Under the pieces are notes generated by a model. That model made no database searches. It was given only the letters and a program-made list of their open reading frames with translations, and was not told the origin of the DNA. A stretch of DNA of 64,000 nucleotides from a virus: positions 1 through 64,000 of IMG/VR virus record IMGVR_UViG_3300009506_000013. One strand, given 5' to 3'. Below, one piece after another: positions 19,492 to 28,628 of this stretch; position 1 is the first letter of the stretch; every line of letters begins with the position of its first letter. Both the position numbers and the translations under genes were made by a program.

Positions 19492-19974
19492 TCAAAATTT
19501 TGACAGCTGTACTAGCGCCACCCGAAAATCCCGGTCACTCATTCCAGATAGCCTCTTCAATTCTGCTATAGAACACAGCTTCATCCGGCTACTGTGTTCC
19601 GTAAATGCGTTGAGCAGTCTCTTCGCATTCAGGTTGCCCCGGCTCGTAAACACATCCCTGATCCGGACGGGAAACAAATCAGGAGGTGGCTGGTTGGGGA
19701 CTGAAGGAGTCTCATTGGCTTGACGCAGTTGGGCCCTCCTCCTTTCCCGGCTCCAGATCTTGGCAAAAGTCTTTTTCACCGCCTCGATGGCATAGGTGCT
19801 TTGTTTTGCGCTTCCGGTTGTGTTATACTTCCCTGCCGCCTTCACCAAAGTCAAACGAGCCTCTTGTAAATAATCCTCGAAATCCCGGCTACAGTCACGG
19901 TTCTGCTGGAAAGCCTTCCATGCCAGGCTTTCTATGTATCTTTCGAGCACGAACTGGGAACTTGGTTTTTTCAT
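19492..19974 (-). CDS. sigma-70 region-2-like transcription factor
   Basis: DFEDYLQEARLTLVKAA.KY......STYA pattern; GGAGGAGG RBS before MKKPSS. Confidence 0.7.
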   Translation of the reverse strand: MKKPSSQFVLERYIESLAWKAFQQNRDCSRDFEDYLQEARLTLVKAAGKYNTTGSAKQSTYAIEAVKKTFAKIWSRERRRAQLRQANETPSVPNQPPPDLFPVRIRDVFTSRGNLNAKRLLNAFTEHSSRMKLCSIAELKRLSGMSDRDFRVALVQLSKF

Positions 19975-20239
19975 AATCCTCCTCCGATACCATAACATCT
20001 GTTCCTGAACATATATTAAGATCCTCTACAACTTCCTTCTCTGTAAGTGGCTTCTCTACTCTGGCCCTGATATACGTAGAACCACAGCCTTGGTAGATGA
20101 CCACTCCCGAAAGCATTTGCATATTGGGCGGAAACCAAAAATTGGTATTCGCCGGTAGTGTACCCACCTTAACATAATAAAGGCCATGGTACAAGCTCAC
20201 TGGTGGATTCTTTACTGGGTAACCTTCTTTCTCCTTCAT
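19895..20239 (-). CDS. hypothetical protein
   Basis: GGAGGAG RBS before MKEKEG. Confidence 0.55.
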   Translation of the reverse strand: MKEKEGYPVKNPPVSLYHGLYYVKVGTLPANTNFWFPPNMQMLSGVVIYQGCGSTYIRARVEKPLTEKEVVEDLNICSGTDVMVSEEDYEKTKFPVRARKIHRKPGMEGFPAEP

Positions 20240-20250
20240 GGACTCCTCCA

Positions 20251-21984
20251 TTAGAACGGGCAAGCATCATCACTCACTGCCTTATCCGCATCGACATAAT
20301 CTCTTCCCCAATCGCTCTGGTCGATGGGTCCGCTGTTCGCTCCTTTCCCCAATATAACATCGATGATACTACTTTTCCCGGCCGCAATTTGGGCCAAGAC
20401 AACGTCCATACTATTTTGTAACACGAGATGCGTCACGAGCACCTTATGAGTTTGGCCGATCCGGTGGGAGCGGTCTGCCGCTTGGTTCATCCGCTCTGGC
20501 ACGACATCCTCTTCCACAAACAGCACATGCCATGCGGACGTAAGGTTCAGCCCTACACCCGCCGCCTGTATACTCCCGAAGAAAGGAAGCATTGAAGGAT
20601 CGCCGTTGTATTGGTCGATGATCGGTTGCCGCTTCTTTGCTGGTGTCGGCCCGTATACGAGCGCAGATGGCTGGAACTCCCGGTGTAGCCTCTCCAAGAC
20701 ATGGTGGTGGTGCGCGAATACTAACATCTTATGTGGATCGTCGGTGAGTGTCTCTTTAAGATATTGGATGGCGTATGGGATCTTGAGGTCAGCCAGCTCC
20801 CGCCTCTGCCGGCTATACTCTTCAAAAGAGATGGTAACCTGAGAGTCTAGCTCCCCCACGAGCTTGCGGAACTCCGCCGCATTTCCGGCCTCTCTAGCTG
20901 TTTTTAAGGCCTTCCTGATAGAATCTGTTGCCTTCCGGAAATGATCCACCTCTCTGGCCAGCTCGCGGGCCAATTTTGGGCTTTCTACAGGCACTTCAAG
21001 GATCTGATACCGCTTATCGGGCAGGTCCAGGTCCACCTCATCCTTTGTCCTTCGGATCATCACCGACTTCCGGAGCAATTCCTGAAACTGCTCTTCGTTG
21101 GATGACCCGCTAAAATCCCAGCCATATCCGTTGTGTGTCGCTCCGCAAAACGTCTGCGCAAACCACCAAAAGCTTGGCCAGGACTTCGGATCCAGCCAAT
21201 GGAGCACCCCGAACATCTCCACCGGACGGTTCTCAATCGGCGAACCACTCAGCGCCGATTTATACCGCGCCTTCAAAGGGGCAAAGGCCTCTTCATTTTT
21301 CGGGTTGTCCTTCTTTGGCTCATATCCTAGCACCATCTTGGTCCGCATGGCTTTAGGGTTTTTGATAAATTGAGCCTCATCAGACACAATAAGATCCCAC
21401 GAGACAGAGTCCAGCCGAAACTTATGCCTGTCGAGGATATCATAATTGATGATAATGATTTGAGCTGCTGGCCAATCGCTCCCCCAACAGATCCCGACAC
21501 TCAAAGGCCGGACAAGCCAAGTCTTCAGCTCATTCTCCCAGTTGACCTTGAGACTGGACTTAGTTATGATCAGAACTCTCTCAATAGTAGGATCGGCGTT
21601 GATAAGACCGATAGCCTGGATGGTCTTCCCCAAGCCCATGTCATCGGCGATGTAGCTATTCTTATGTTCTAGCTGCCACTGGATGCCGGCCTTCTGGTAT
21701 CCGAAATACTCTTCACCCTCTGGAGCTGGTAAAGCCCAGTTGGAATCTGTAGCGGATGATTTGGCCAGGTTGGCCTCTCTCTTCTTAATAACATTCGCCA
21801 GCATCTCCCGGCACCGTGGCGTGGCGTATTGGGCTAGTATTGCGGCGTGTTCCGGATTGGTAGTTGCCCAATGGTTGGGCACTATCCGCTTCCAGACAAA
21901 CTGAGCGCCCTTAGGCACTAGGCGCTCAGCATACGCACAATAACAGACAAACGCCTGGTATCGGTCTGAATAATCTAATTTCAT
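20251..21984 (-). CDS. SNF2/HARP-like SF2 helicase
   Basis: ADDMGLGKT, DEAQ, SGSP, GVGLNL, QAADRSHRIGQ. Confidence 0.92.
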   Translation of the reverse strand: MKLDYSDRYQAFVCYCAYAERLVPKGAQFVWKRIVPNHWATTNPEHAAILAQYATPRCREMLANVIKKREANLAKSSATDSNWALPAPEGEEYFGYQKAGIQWQLEHKNSYIADDMGLGKTIQAIGLINADPTIERVLIITKSSLKVNWENELKTWLVRPLSVGICWGSDWPAAQIIIINYDILDRHKFRLDSVSWDLIVSDEAQFIKNPKAMRTKMVLGYEPKKDNPKNEEAFAPLKARYKSALSGSPIENRPVEMFGVLHWLDPKSWPSFWWFAQTFCGATHNGYGWDFSGSSNEEQFQELLRKSVMIRRTKDEVDLDLPDKRYQILEVPVESPKLARELAREVDHFRKATDSIRKALKTAREAGNAAEFRKLVGELDSQVTISFEEYSRQRRELADLKIPYAIQYLKETLTDDPHKMLVFAHHHHVLERLHREFQPSALVYGPTPAKKRQPIIDQYNGDPSMLPFFGSIQAAGVGLNLTSAWHVLFVEEDVVPERMNQAADRSHRIGQTHKVLVTHLVLQNSMDVVLAQIAAGKSSIIDVILGKGANSGPIDQSDWGRDYVDADKAVSDDACPF

Positions 21985-22514
21985 ATGGACATTCTCCTTA
22001 TTAGATTATCCATTCGGCGTAGAACTTCTGTTTGCAGTTTTGGCGGAATGAAATGCTTCTTTACTTCTTGGAACATCTGGCTGCTAAGCCACACACCCTT
22101 CGAGTCCTTTTCCTTCAACAACTGATACTCTTGGAACTCTGCGGCGGTGATGGTTATGCTGTTTGCTACGCGGGCACCCTTCGGTGTTGCCGCCTTCTCC
22201 GCATCATCCTTATTAAAACGGATCGCCGGAGGTGGCTGAACCTCTTCCTTATCAGTCTTCAGGTTCTTAATAAGGAAGTCCACAATACCTTTGACGGATG
22301 GATTGGTGTACTTGTGCCGTTGAAGCCGGCAAGTCCAGGTTACCACCATATCATCCCTGTCGAAAGTAAAGTTCATGTTAATTTGGAGCGGCTCCATTTT
22401 CGCACTCCAGATCCGGTCCCAGTACTGGCCGACAAAATAACCCCGCCGCCCCAGCTCCTTGCGGATCTCTTTTTGCAACCTTGCCTTCTTTTCCCCTTGC
22501 GACATAGGTCCCAT
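21981..22514 (-). CDS. hypothetical protein
   Basis: 177 aa with an AAAGGAGA RBS. Confidence 0.7.
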   Translation of the reverse strand: MGPMSQGEKKARLQKEIRKELGRRGYFVGQYWDRIWSAKMEPLQINMNFTFDRDDMVVTWTCRLQRHKYTNPSVKGIVDFLIKNLKTDKEEVQPPPAIRFNKDDAEKAATPKGARVANSITITAAEFQEYQLLKEKDSKGVWLSSQMFQEVKKHFIPPKLQTEVLRRMDNLIRRMSI

Positions 22515-22704
22515 GTTTATCTCCTTTCGCTGTCCTGTTTGCTAACATCTTATCCCCTAAACTTTGGTGGGGTGAAGGATCGCTGTGCCTTCTTGGAGTT
22601 CACGCAACTCCCTGCCGCCCCACCACCGGCAGAATGCGCTTTCCTAGTCACTCAGGAGAGCACTTTGGCCCTTCGAGCTTTAGGCTCGTCAGGCCCACAA
22701 TTGT

Positions 22705-22777
22705 CTGGACTTGCGACCAGTAGCCCAATCCTCTGGGCTAGCGCATTAAGGCCGGATCGCTCCGGCCCCGCTCTGCT
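22705..22777 (-). ncRNA. twister ribozyme R1 (P5-opened permutation; T1 CGC/GCG variant)
   Basis: AGCA-GAGCG-P1(GGGCCGGA GCGA UCCGGCCU)-UAA-UGC-GCU-P3-A-P4(CUGG UCGCAAGU CCAG). Confidence 0.88.
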
Positions 22778-23090
22778 ATGCTACATCCTCTTCCCACTCC
22801 TCTTCCTCTTCCTTACTGGGGTTGATCCCGGCATTACAGCTCCGGCACAACAGCTCCAGCTCCCCGTTCTCATAGTCCCTCTCATAGCGGACCATCCGTG
22901 ACCACCGGGACAAATCCCGGCAGGACCAATCCCGCCCGTTGGGGTGGTGAAATTCTAACTTCCTTTTTTTACCACACTCTTCACAGCACCCGCCCATCTT
23001 TATGATTAAGGCTTTCCGCCTCAGTTTGTAGGCTTTGACGTGATTCAGAGTTTTTCTTCGGCTCCTTTTCTTCCGGACTTCCTCTGTCAT
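22776..23090 (-). CDS. HNH endonuclease-like small protein
   Basis: CEECG...LEFHH...LLCRSCN; stop codon overlaps R1. Confidence 0.7.
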   Translation of the reverse strand: MTEEVRKKRSRRKTLNHVKAYKLRRKALIIKMGGCCEECGKKRKLEFHHPNGRDWSCRDLSRWSRMVRYERDYENGELELLCRSCNAGINPSKEEEEEWEEDVA

Positions 23091-23147
23091 CTCGTTTCTC
23101 CCTTCCAGTATTTTACCCCAGTTTTTAACTGGATCATAGCTAAAAAT

Positions 23148-23221
23148 CTGGACTTGTGACCAGTGGCCGGGACAACCCCAGCCAGCGCATTAAGGCCGGA
23201 TCGCTCCGGCCCCACTCTGCT
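23148..23221 (-). ncRNA. twister ribozyme R2
   Basis: Full consensus; T1 CAC/GUG. Confidence 0.88.
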
Positions 23222-23279
23222 AATTTTCTATGCCCATAACCTTTTCAATCTGACTCCCCGCTTTCCCCTATCAAACCTC

Positions 23280-23711
23280 CTATCCATATATCCGGTCAGC
23301 CAAGCACTCCCTCCACAACATTTCTGGGATGTCTTCCTTCCGGAAGTATGCTTTGACCCTTGGATCAGTTAATAACAACCCTTCCGCCACATCTGGACAA
23401 GCATCCTGTAATCGGGAATCATCATACCCGTCTGCCTTAAGATCCGCCCGGCACTGGCTACAGATCTTATTCAGCTGGCGCTCTGTATATGGCTTTACCT
23501 TTGGGGCTGAGGTATTCACCTTGAACGGCCTTTCCTTCTCCTTTATCCGGATGTAGTCTGGATATAGGATACCGGCATCGCTTTGTATCCTTATTTTATA
23601 GGCCACAAAACCACCCCGCCTTCCAAGCTCAACCTTCTCCACTACGGTCCCGATTATACAGGTGTTCTTATCTATTCTGAACCGGTCCCTCTTTCCTATC
23701 TTTGCTACCAT
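23280..23711 (-). CDS. hypothetical early protein
   Basis: AAAGGAGA RBS directly after R3. Confidence 0.7.
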   Translation of the reverse strand: MVAKIGKRDRFRIDKNTCIIGTVVEKVELGRRGGFVAYKIRIQSDAGILYPDYIRIKEKERPFKVNTSAPKVKPYTERQLNKICSQCRADLKADGYDDSRLQDACPDVAEGLLLTDPRVKAYFRKEDIPEMLWRECLADRIYG

Positions 23712-23725
23712 TTTGTTTCTCCTTT

Positions 23726-23797
23726 CTGGACTTGCGACCAGTAGCCCAACCGTTGGGCTAGCGCATTAAGGCCAGGTTGCCCTGGCCCCGCTCTGCT
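23726..23797 (-). ncRNA. twister ribozyme R3
   Basis: P1 variant GGCCAGG-GCAA-CCUGGCC; T1 CGC/GCG. Confidence 0.88.
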
Positions 23798-24026
23798 ATA
23801 AGAGTTTTGATAAAGGTGAACGCCGAACACGGACCGCACGAGCGCGGTGTATGAACTGACTACCTTCATACTTCACAATCACCCGTCCGCATCGCCCACA
23901 ATTCGCTACACGAGAGGCAGGCATACTACCAACATCCACCCGGTTTTTCTGCCCACAGTAGGGGCACTGCCGGATCTTAATACATTCCATGTTAGTATCC
24001 TCCACCAGAAGCACATTTTGGACCAA
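23796..24026 (-). CDS. Zn-ribbon protein (thioredoxin-2 N-terminal-like CxxC...CGRC)
   Basis: CPYCGQKNRV...CGRCG; stop codon overlaps R3. Confidence 0.6.
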   Translation of the reverse strand: MVQNVLLVEDTNMECIKIRQCPYCGQKNRVDVGSMPASRVANCGRCGRVIVKYEGSQFIHRARAVRVRRSPLSKLL

Positions 24027-24432
24027 TCCCGGCCTTTACAGACTCCGGAGTTGTTAACAACCTACCACATACGCAGCACCGCCCGCAGTGATAGAAGTTG
24101 ATCTTGGTTGGTATAGAACCTTTAATCAAGTGACCGTACCACCACCGGAAGGCAACAGCCGCTTTCGAGTCTTCGCTCATCTTCTTTTTAGAGTGGCGAT
24201 ATTCGCCGCCCTTAATAAGACCCATGAATGAATAATCGGAAGTGTTGTCCGGACCTCGAAGCAAGCTGACCCAAAACAGATCCTCTTCCTCAGTCTTTAT
24301 TGCCTTTGATATCCGATAGGTGAAACGATTCCCGGTGTCAGGATTCTCAATGGTAAAATAAGCATTCCCGCCAAAGATGAATTTTTTCTGCTCCTCTATT
24401 TCGAAGAGCTGGGCAATCGGTAGAGGCTCCAC
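23992..24432 (-). CDS. DUF6011-like Zn-finger protein
   Basis: C-terminal CCVCGRLLTTPESVKAGIGPKC. Confidence 0.75.
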   Translation of the reverse strand: MEPLPIAQLFEIEEQKKFIFGGNAYFTIENPDTGNRFTYRISKAIKTEEEDLFWVSLLRGPDNTSDYSFMGLIKGGEYRHSKKKMSEDSKAAVAFRWWYGHLIKGSIPTKINFYHCGRCCVCGRLLTTPESVKAGIGPKCASGGGY

Positions 24433-24647
24433 TAGTCACCTCCCAGTTCATCATCTGCGAACAGACCATCATCTGCGAACAGACCATCATCATCGTCATG
24501 GTCTTCAACATCGCCCACGCCAAACTGATCGCGAATTGCATCCTGTAACGGGTTTTTACAGCGCCCGCAAATAGCAGTCTGAACCTTCGCCTCATCCACT
24601 CTATTCTTCACCTGACACGCATCGCACTTAACAGTCATATTATCCAT
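24432..24647 (-). CDS. Zn-ribbon protein with acidic tail
   Basis: CDACQVKNRV...CGRC and a DDGLFA tandem repeat; start reassigned to MDNM after the RBS following R4. Confidence 0.65.
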   Translation of the reverse strand: MDNMTVKCDACQVKNRVDEAKVQTAICGRCKNPLQDAIRDQFGVGDVEDHDDDDGLFADDGLFADDELGGD

Positions 24648-24663
24648 TTTTATCTCCTTTATA

Positions 24664-24734
24664 CCAGACTTGTGACTGGTCTTGGGACAATCCCAAGGCG
24701 CATTAAGGCCGGATCGCTCCGGCCCCACTCTGCT
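24664..24734 (-). ncRNA. twister ribozyme R4
   Basis: P4 shows a compensatory swap (CCAG...CUGG instead of CUGG...CCAG). Confidence 0.88.
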
Positions 24735-25072
24735 TATAGGTTGTTTAGTTCTGCTTCGGTAGCGGTGATGGCTTCCCGGTCAGGATTATCAGCCATCAAC
24801 TGCCTTTCGAGCTTGGCCTTAAGGTTCTTCAGATCCGTGGAATAACCACCCGCCTGTAACGAACTCATGAACAGCCGGACATTGGACAGAAAGAACTCAC
24901 CCGTGCGGCCCCGGTCATCGACTGCCTGAACCTTTACCACTCCCTCTTCAATCCAAGCCGCCACGATCCTTGCGGGCCACGCTACCTTGTAGTCATTAAA
25001 AGCATGTTCGATCCGCCACGCCGGACAGATGAACTGTTCTAAAAGGTTGTTTGATAATGATCCTCGTGCCAT
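24734..25072 (-). CDS. hypothetical early protein
   Basis: AAGGAGA RBS; stop codon overlaps R4. Confidence 0.7.
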   Translation of the reverse strand: MARGSLSNNLLEQFICPAWRIEHAFNDYKVAWPARIVAAWIEEGVVKVQAVDDRGRTGEFFLSNVRLFMSSLQAGGYSTDLKNLKAKLERQLMADNPDREAITATEAELNNL

Positions 25073-25091
25073 TTTGTTTCTCCTTATTAGT

Positions 25092-25142
25092 CTGAACTTG
25101 TGACCAACGAATGGGGCCAGGGAAGCCTGACCCCGCTCTGCT
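25092..25142 (-). ncRNA. degenerate twister-like copy R5
   Basis: Keeps AGCAGAGCG, a P1-like hairpin and UGGUCACAAGUUCAG; lacks the UAA cleavage loop and P3. Confidence 0.55.
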
Positions 25143-25350
25143 AGCTGTCTTCCCTGCGTTCTGCTTCCCGCAGGTCATCGGCCATATTAACAATGTTCTC
25201 GCACAGTTCAATCAGCTTATCCCGATATTCCTTTTCAGACTTACTGATATCATGATCCGGCCCCTCTTCAATAGCTTCTTCAATAGCCGATTCACAATCA
25301 AGTAAATCACGATAGGTGTTCTCAAATCGACAATAGCTCATATTGCTCAT
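25141..25350 (-). CDS. small acidic phage protein (MSYCRFENT type)
   Basis: Start reassigned to MSNMSYCRFENT after the AGGAGA RBS. Confidence 0.75.
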   Translation of the reverse strand: MSNMSYCRFENTYRDLLDCESAIEEAIEEGPDHDISKSEKEYRDKLIELCENIVNMADDLREAERREDS

Positions 25351-25366
25351 TTTCTTATCTCCTATT

Positions 25367-25440
25367 CTGGACTTGTGACCAGTAGCCTCCACCATAGAGG
25401 CTAGCGCATTAAGGCCGGATCGCTCCGGCCCCACTCTGCT
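25367..25440 (-). ncRNA. twister ribozyme R6
   Basis: Full consensus; P3 AGCCUC..GAGGCU. Confidence 0.88.
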
Positions 25441-25963
25441 AGATGATAGGCTTCACTCTATTCGCCCACACCGTGATAAGATCCTTGGGTGCACGGCCAG
25501 TGATACGGGCCAGATGACCACCAAAGGCCAGGTCCAACATTTTCTTCGGGTTGAGTACAGTTACCTTCCCGGTGGTCTTATTAATCCGAACCACCTGGGA
25601 CTTTGACCACATCCCATTACTCAGGACTTCAACCATCTGCCCAACCCGCAACCTCTCTATATAGCCAAAGTTTTTAAGGTATTCAGCAGCCTTCTCTTTG
25701 TGCTCTTCGCGGTGAGCTTGGCGCTCCTCCTTGAATTCATTTCCTGCCGCATACAGCACTTTTCTCTGCTTCGGCGTCAACTTCGCGGGTTTCAACATAT
25801 GCTCTGGAACAGTGTACATTCCTTCCTCTTCCGATTTTACTTCAAAACGATAGACAACAGGCTGATATCGCTTACTGACTTTCCGCATCCCCATAACTAC
25901 TCCAACAACCGTCTTGTGTTTGCGGGAAGATGTAAACTGAACTGCGTCACCGATATTAAACAT
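25439..25963 (-). CDS. hypothetical protein with SH3/KOW-like beta-barrel patterns
   Basis: FNIGDAVQF and LRVGQMVEV patterns; RBS after R7. Confidence 0.7.
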   Translation of the reverse strand: MFNIGDAVQFTSSRKHKTVVGVVMGMRKVSKRYQPVVYRFEVKSEEEGMYTVPEHMLKPAKLTPKQRKVLYAAGNEFKEERQAHREEHKEKAAEYLKNFGYIERLRVGQMVEVLSNGMWSKSQVVRINKTTGKVTVLNPKKMLDLAFGGHLARITGRAPKDLITVWANRVKPII

Positions 25964-25977
25964 GGTATTTCTCCTTT

Positions 25978-26051
25978 CTGGACTTGCGACCAGTAGACTC
26001 CACCATGGAGTCTAGCGCATTAAGGCCGGATCGCTCCGGCCCCGCTCTGCT
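25978..26051 (-). ncRNA. twister ribozyme R7
   Basis: T1 CGC/GCG; P3 AGACUCC..GGAGUCU. Confidence 0.88.
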
Positions 26052-26334
26052 AGTCTTCTTTACACTCAGGATAATCAACCGCTTTAAATACAGGGAACGT
26101 CCGCTGAGTCACGGCATTCTGGACTTCCTTTAAAACACTAAACAGAGCCTCAAGCTCTTGCTCCTGTTCCTTACCACGAACACGGATTTCACAGTTAAAA
26201 CAAGCCTCACCGTTGCTTCCTGATACTTGAAGCTCCCCGCGATAGCCATACACCAGACTTAACAGGCCCTTCACATGTTCCACAATTTGGGCATCTGTCG
26301 CTTCTGTTACCGTCTCAACCGAATAGTCTTTCAT
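26050..26334 (-). CDS. hypothetical early protein
   Basis: RBS after R8; stop codon overlaps R7. Confidence 0.7.
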   Translation of the reverse strand: MKDYSVETVTEATDAQIVEHVKGLLSLVYGYRGELQVSGSNGEACFNCEIRVRGKEQEQELEALFSVLKEVQNAVTQRTFPVFKAVDYPECKED

Positions 26335-26352
26335 TTCTTATCTCCTTTTATT

Positions 26353-26424
26353 CTGGACTTGTGACCAGTGGCTCCCCCATGGAGCCAGCGCATTAAGGCC
26401 GGATCGCTCCGGCCCCACTCTGCT
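26353..26424 (-). ncRNA. twister ribozyme R8
   Basis: Full consensus; P3 GGCUCC..GGAGCC. Confidence 0.88.
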
Positions 26425-26632
26425 AAGATGCCCGCTGAAGGATTATCTCTCTTGCCTCTATAGCGCGGACATTGGTTATCTCGTTTTGTAGCTCTAAAAG
26501 ATACGTTTGCTCAACTCCTGAAGCCTCCGCATAGTTCATCAGGCCTTGGATATAGGCTTCGTAAACACGGACCATCCGTTTCAGAGTCTTCTCTTCCTCT
26601 ACCACTATTCTCTTCACGTTGTTATTAGCCAT
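26423..26632 (-). CDS. small helical hypothetical protein
   Basis: RBS after R9; stop codon overlaps R8. Confidence 0.7.
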   Translation of the reverse strand: MANNNVKRIVVEEEKTLKRMVRVYEAYIQGLMNYAEASGVEQTYLLELQNEITNVRAIEAREIILQRAS

Positions 26633-26644
26633 TTCTTTTCTCCT

Positions 26645-26722
26645 CTGGACTTGTGACCAGTACCAGGGACAATCCCCGGTAGCGCATTAAGCTGGAGTCT
26701 TAAGACTCCAGCCCACTCTGCT
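26645..26722 (-). ncRNA. twister ribozyme R9 (P1 overlaps coding sequence)
   Basis: P1 is GGCUGGAGUCU/AGACUCCAGCU, a different sequence that still pairs fully. Confidence 0.85.
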
Positions 26723-27149
26723 GTAGCGTCCAGATAGCAACTAAATCAGCCATCCGGCTTGACTCTTCCATAGTCAACAGCCCATCCGCAAACATCCTTT
26801 CCCATTTGCGAAACGCAGGGCCGTGACCCTCGTCAGCGCCATCCTTATACTTGCCCAGCCGAACGGGTTGGGCACTGTTGCAAATAAACCCGTGGACCAG
26901 CTCGTGCCACAGGATGCTTCGGACCTCTTTCAAATACCGCCCATATTTGAGCGGCTTTTCAAAGAACTTATTCAGGGCGATTGTCCGGGCCGCAACGTCA
27001 TACTGACCGAAGACCACGCCCGGCAACCCGGCCTGATTAACTGTTATTGGGAACTGCTGGAAGGATACTTTCACCACACAGCCGGAGCCATTCAAGTATC
27101 CTTCATCCATCTCCTTCACCAACTGGAAAAGCAAAGATTCTATTTGCAT
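26700..27149 (-). CDS. SprT-like zinc metalloprotease
   Basis: HELVH (HExxH) and downstream GHGPAFRK. Confidence 0.8.
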   Translation of the reverse strand: MQIESLLFQLVKEMDEGYLNGSGCVVKVSFQQFPITVNQAGLPGVVFGQYDVAARTIALNKFFEKPLKYGRYLKEVRSILWHELVHGFICNSAQPVRLGKYKDGADEGHGPAFRKWERMFADGLLTMEESSRMADLVAIWTLQQSGLES

Positions 27150-27802
27150 CGCGCATACCCTGCCTTCCCGCCGATTTTAACCTTGCGGATAATTCCAAGT
27201 CTCACAAGGTGCCCAGCGACCATCTTCAAACGGCCAGCTGGATTCGAGCTTTTAATGTTGGGAATGAGTTCAGCAATAGCGTCATCCAGTGTAATAGAAG
27301 GATATTTGACCAGTAATTCCGCGCAAAACCTTATAGAGGTATTTGGCAACCAGGCCGGAAGACCATCCGGACCAATCGGAGGTATTGCGGAAGTCCCACC
27401 ACCCGTCTTGGCCTTCTTTGCTTTCGCCGTTGACGTTGTAGTAGTCTGTTTGTTTTCGAGCTTATCAATATAAGATTGGATCTGCGGCGGATTCAGCGCC
27501 ACCGCAAACCGTTCCATATACTTCAAAGCCATCCGCAAACTTGTTTCCTTCTCTTCCGGAAACTGTGTGCCCAAGGCGCGGGCACGGCATTTACCTGCGA
27601 TGTTCCAGATTTTAACAGCATCATCGGGCAGGTACTTCACACCGGGATTCTGTCGCTGTAATCTCTGAAGACTCCCACAAATCGGGTCCATCACGGATAT
27701 CGCCTGGATTAATAGGCTTGTCCGAAGACTTAAGTCATCGTGGGCACGGGAAAATGCCGCGTAAATCTTTTCAATCATTTTCCTTGGATTTGCTTTCGCC
27801 AT
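27140..27802 (-). CDS. hypothetical early protein
   Basis: 220 aa with an RBS after R10; overlaps the SprT-like gene. Confidence 0.7.
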   Translation of the reverse strand: MAKANPRKMIEKIYAAFSRAHDDLSLRTSLLIQAISVMDPICGSLQRLQRQNPGVKYLPDDAVKIWNIAGKCRARALGTQFPEEKETSLRMALKYMERFAVALNPPQIQSYIDKLENKQTTTTSTAKAKKAKTGGGTSAIPPIGPDGLPAWLPNTSIRFCAELLVKYPSITLDDAIAELIPNIKSSNPAGRLKMVAGHLVRLGIIRKVKIGGKAGYARCK

Positions 27803-27814
27803 TTCTTTTCTCCT

Positions 27815-27888
27815 CTGGACTTGTGACCAGTGGCCGGGACAACCCCGACCAGCGCATTAAGGCCGGATCGCTCCGGCCCCACTCTGCT
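27815..27888 (-). ncRNA. twister ribozyme R10
   Basis: Full consensus. Confidence 0.88.
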
Positions 27889-28607
27889 TATTCGCTCCCC
27901 GTCCCCAACAGCGGACGGTTCGCAACCGCAAGAAATTTCGCCTCAAACTCAGCCTCACTCGTGATCTCCTCATGAACTCCCCCGGTGATTGCGCTCAGGG
28001 TTTTGAGGTTATCACTACCATTTCGGCCATACCAGCTGTCTTCGCGGCCAATAAAAATGGTGTCAATAATAACGCCAGCCGTTTTGGCTTGTTCGGCGGC
28101 ATCGAGGGCAACATCATAGTCATGCATATCGCCATCCGATGTAAGGATAATTCTGGGCGTATAATCTTTGTTCTTCTTCAGAAGAGTCAACGCCGCACGG
28201 ATACCCTTTCCAGCATAAGTCCCGTTTCCATTCGCATACAGCGCACGAACAGCATCCTTGATCTCATCCAGGTTCGATGAGCCTCTCAGAGGTATTCGAG
28301 TGTTTTTCCCGAACTCAACAACGCCAATCTTCATGGACAGGGCCTTTTCGCCAATCCGTTCATTCGCATACTTCTCAACAACCTTCTTTTGAAGGTCAAC
28401 CTTCCGTGAACCGCTGTAGCGGTCTTCGCCCATCCCATCATTCATCGAATAGGAAGCATCCAACACGAAACAGAGATATTGGAAATTATCAAAGAAGTCA
28501 TTCAGATCCATACTACCAGCACTCAGGATCAAATCCTCTTCTTTTTTCGTCATGGAAGTTGCGGTTGTTACGATAGAAGTGTTTTTGGAAGTTTTGTTAT
28601 CAGACAT
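27888..28607 (-). CDS. von Willebrand factor A domain protein
   Basis: MIDAS DASYSM, GT, ILTSDG; start reassigned to MSDNK after the RBS. Confidence 0.85.
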   Translation of the reverse strand: MSDNKTSKNTSIVTTATSMTKKEEDLILSAGSMDLNDFFDNFQYLCFVLDASYSMNDGMGEDRYSGSRKVDLQKKVVEKYANERIGEKALSMKIGVVEFGKNTRIPLRGSSNLDEIKDAVRALYANGNGTYAGKGIRAALTLLKKNKDYTPRIILTSDGDMHDYDVALDAAEQAKTAGVIIDTIFIGREDSWYGRNGSDNLKTLSAITGGVHEEITSEAEFEAKFLAVANRPLLGTGSE

Positions 28608-28628
28608 GGTATTTCTCCTTTTTAAAAA

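Noticed and set aside
22665-22695. CUGACGA...GAAG resembling a hammerhead ribozyme core
   Set aside because: It has GAAG rather than GAAA, and stem II does not close in the required register; better explained as a simple hairpin
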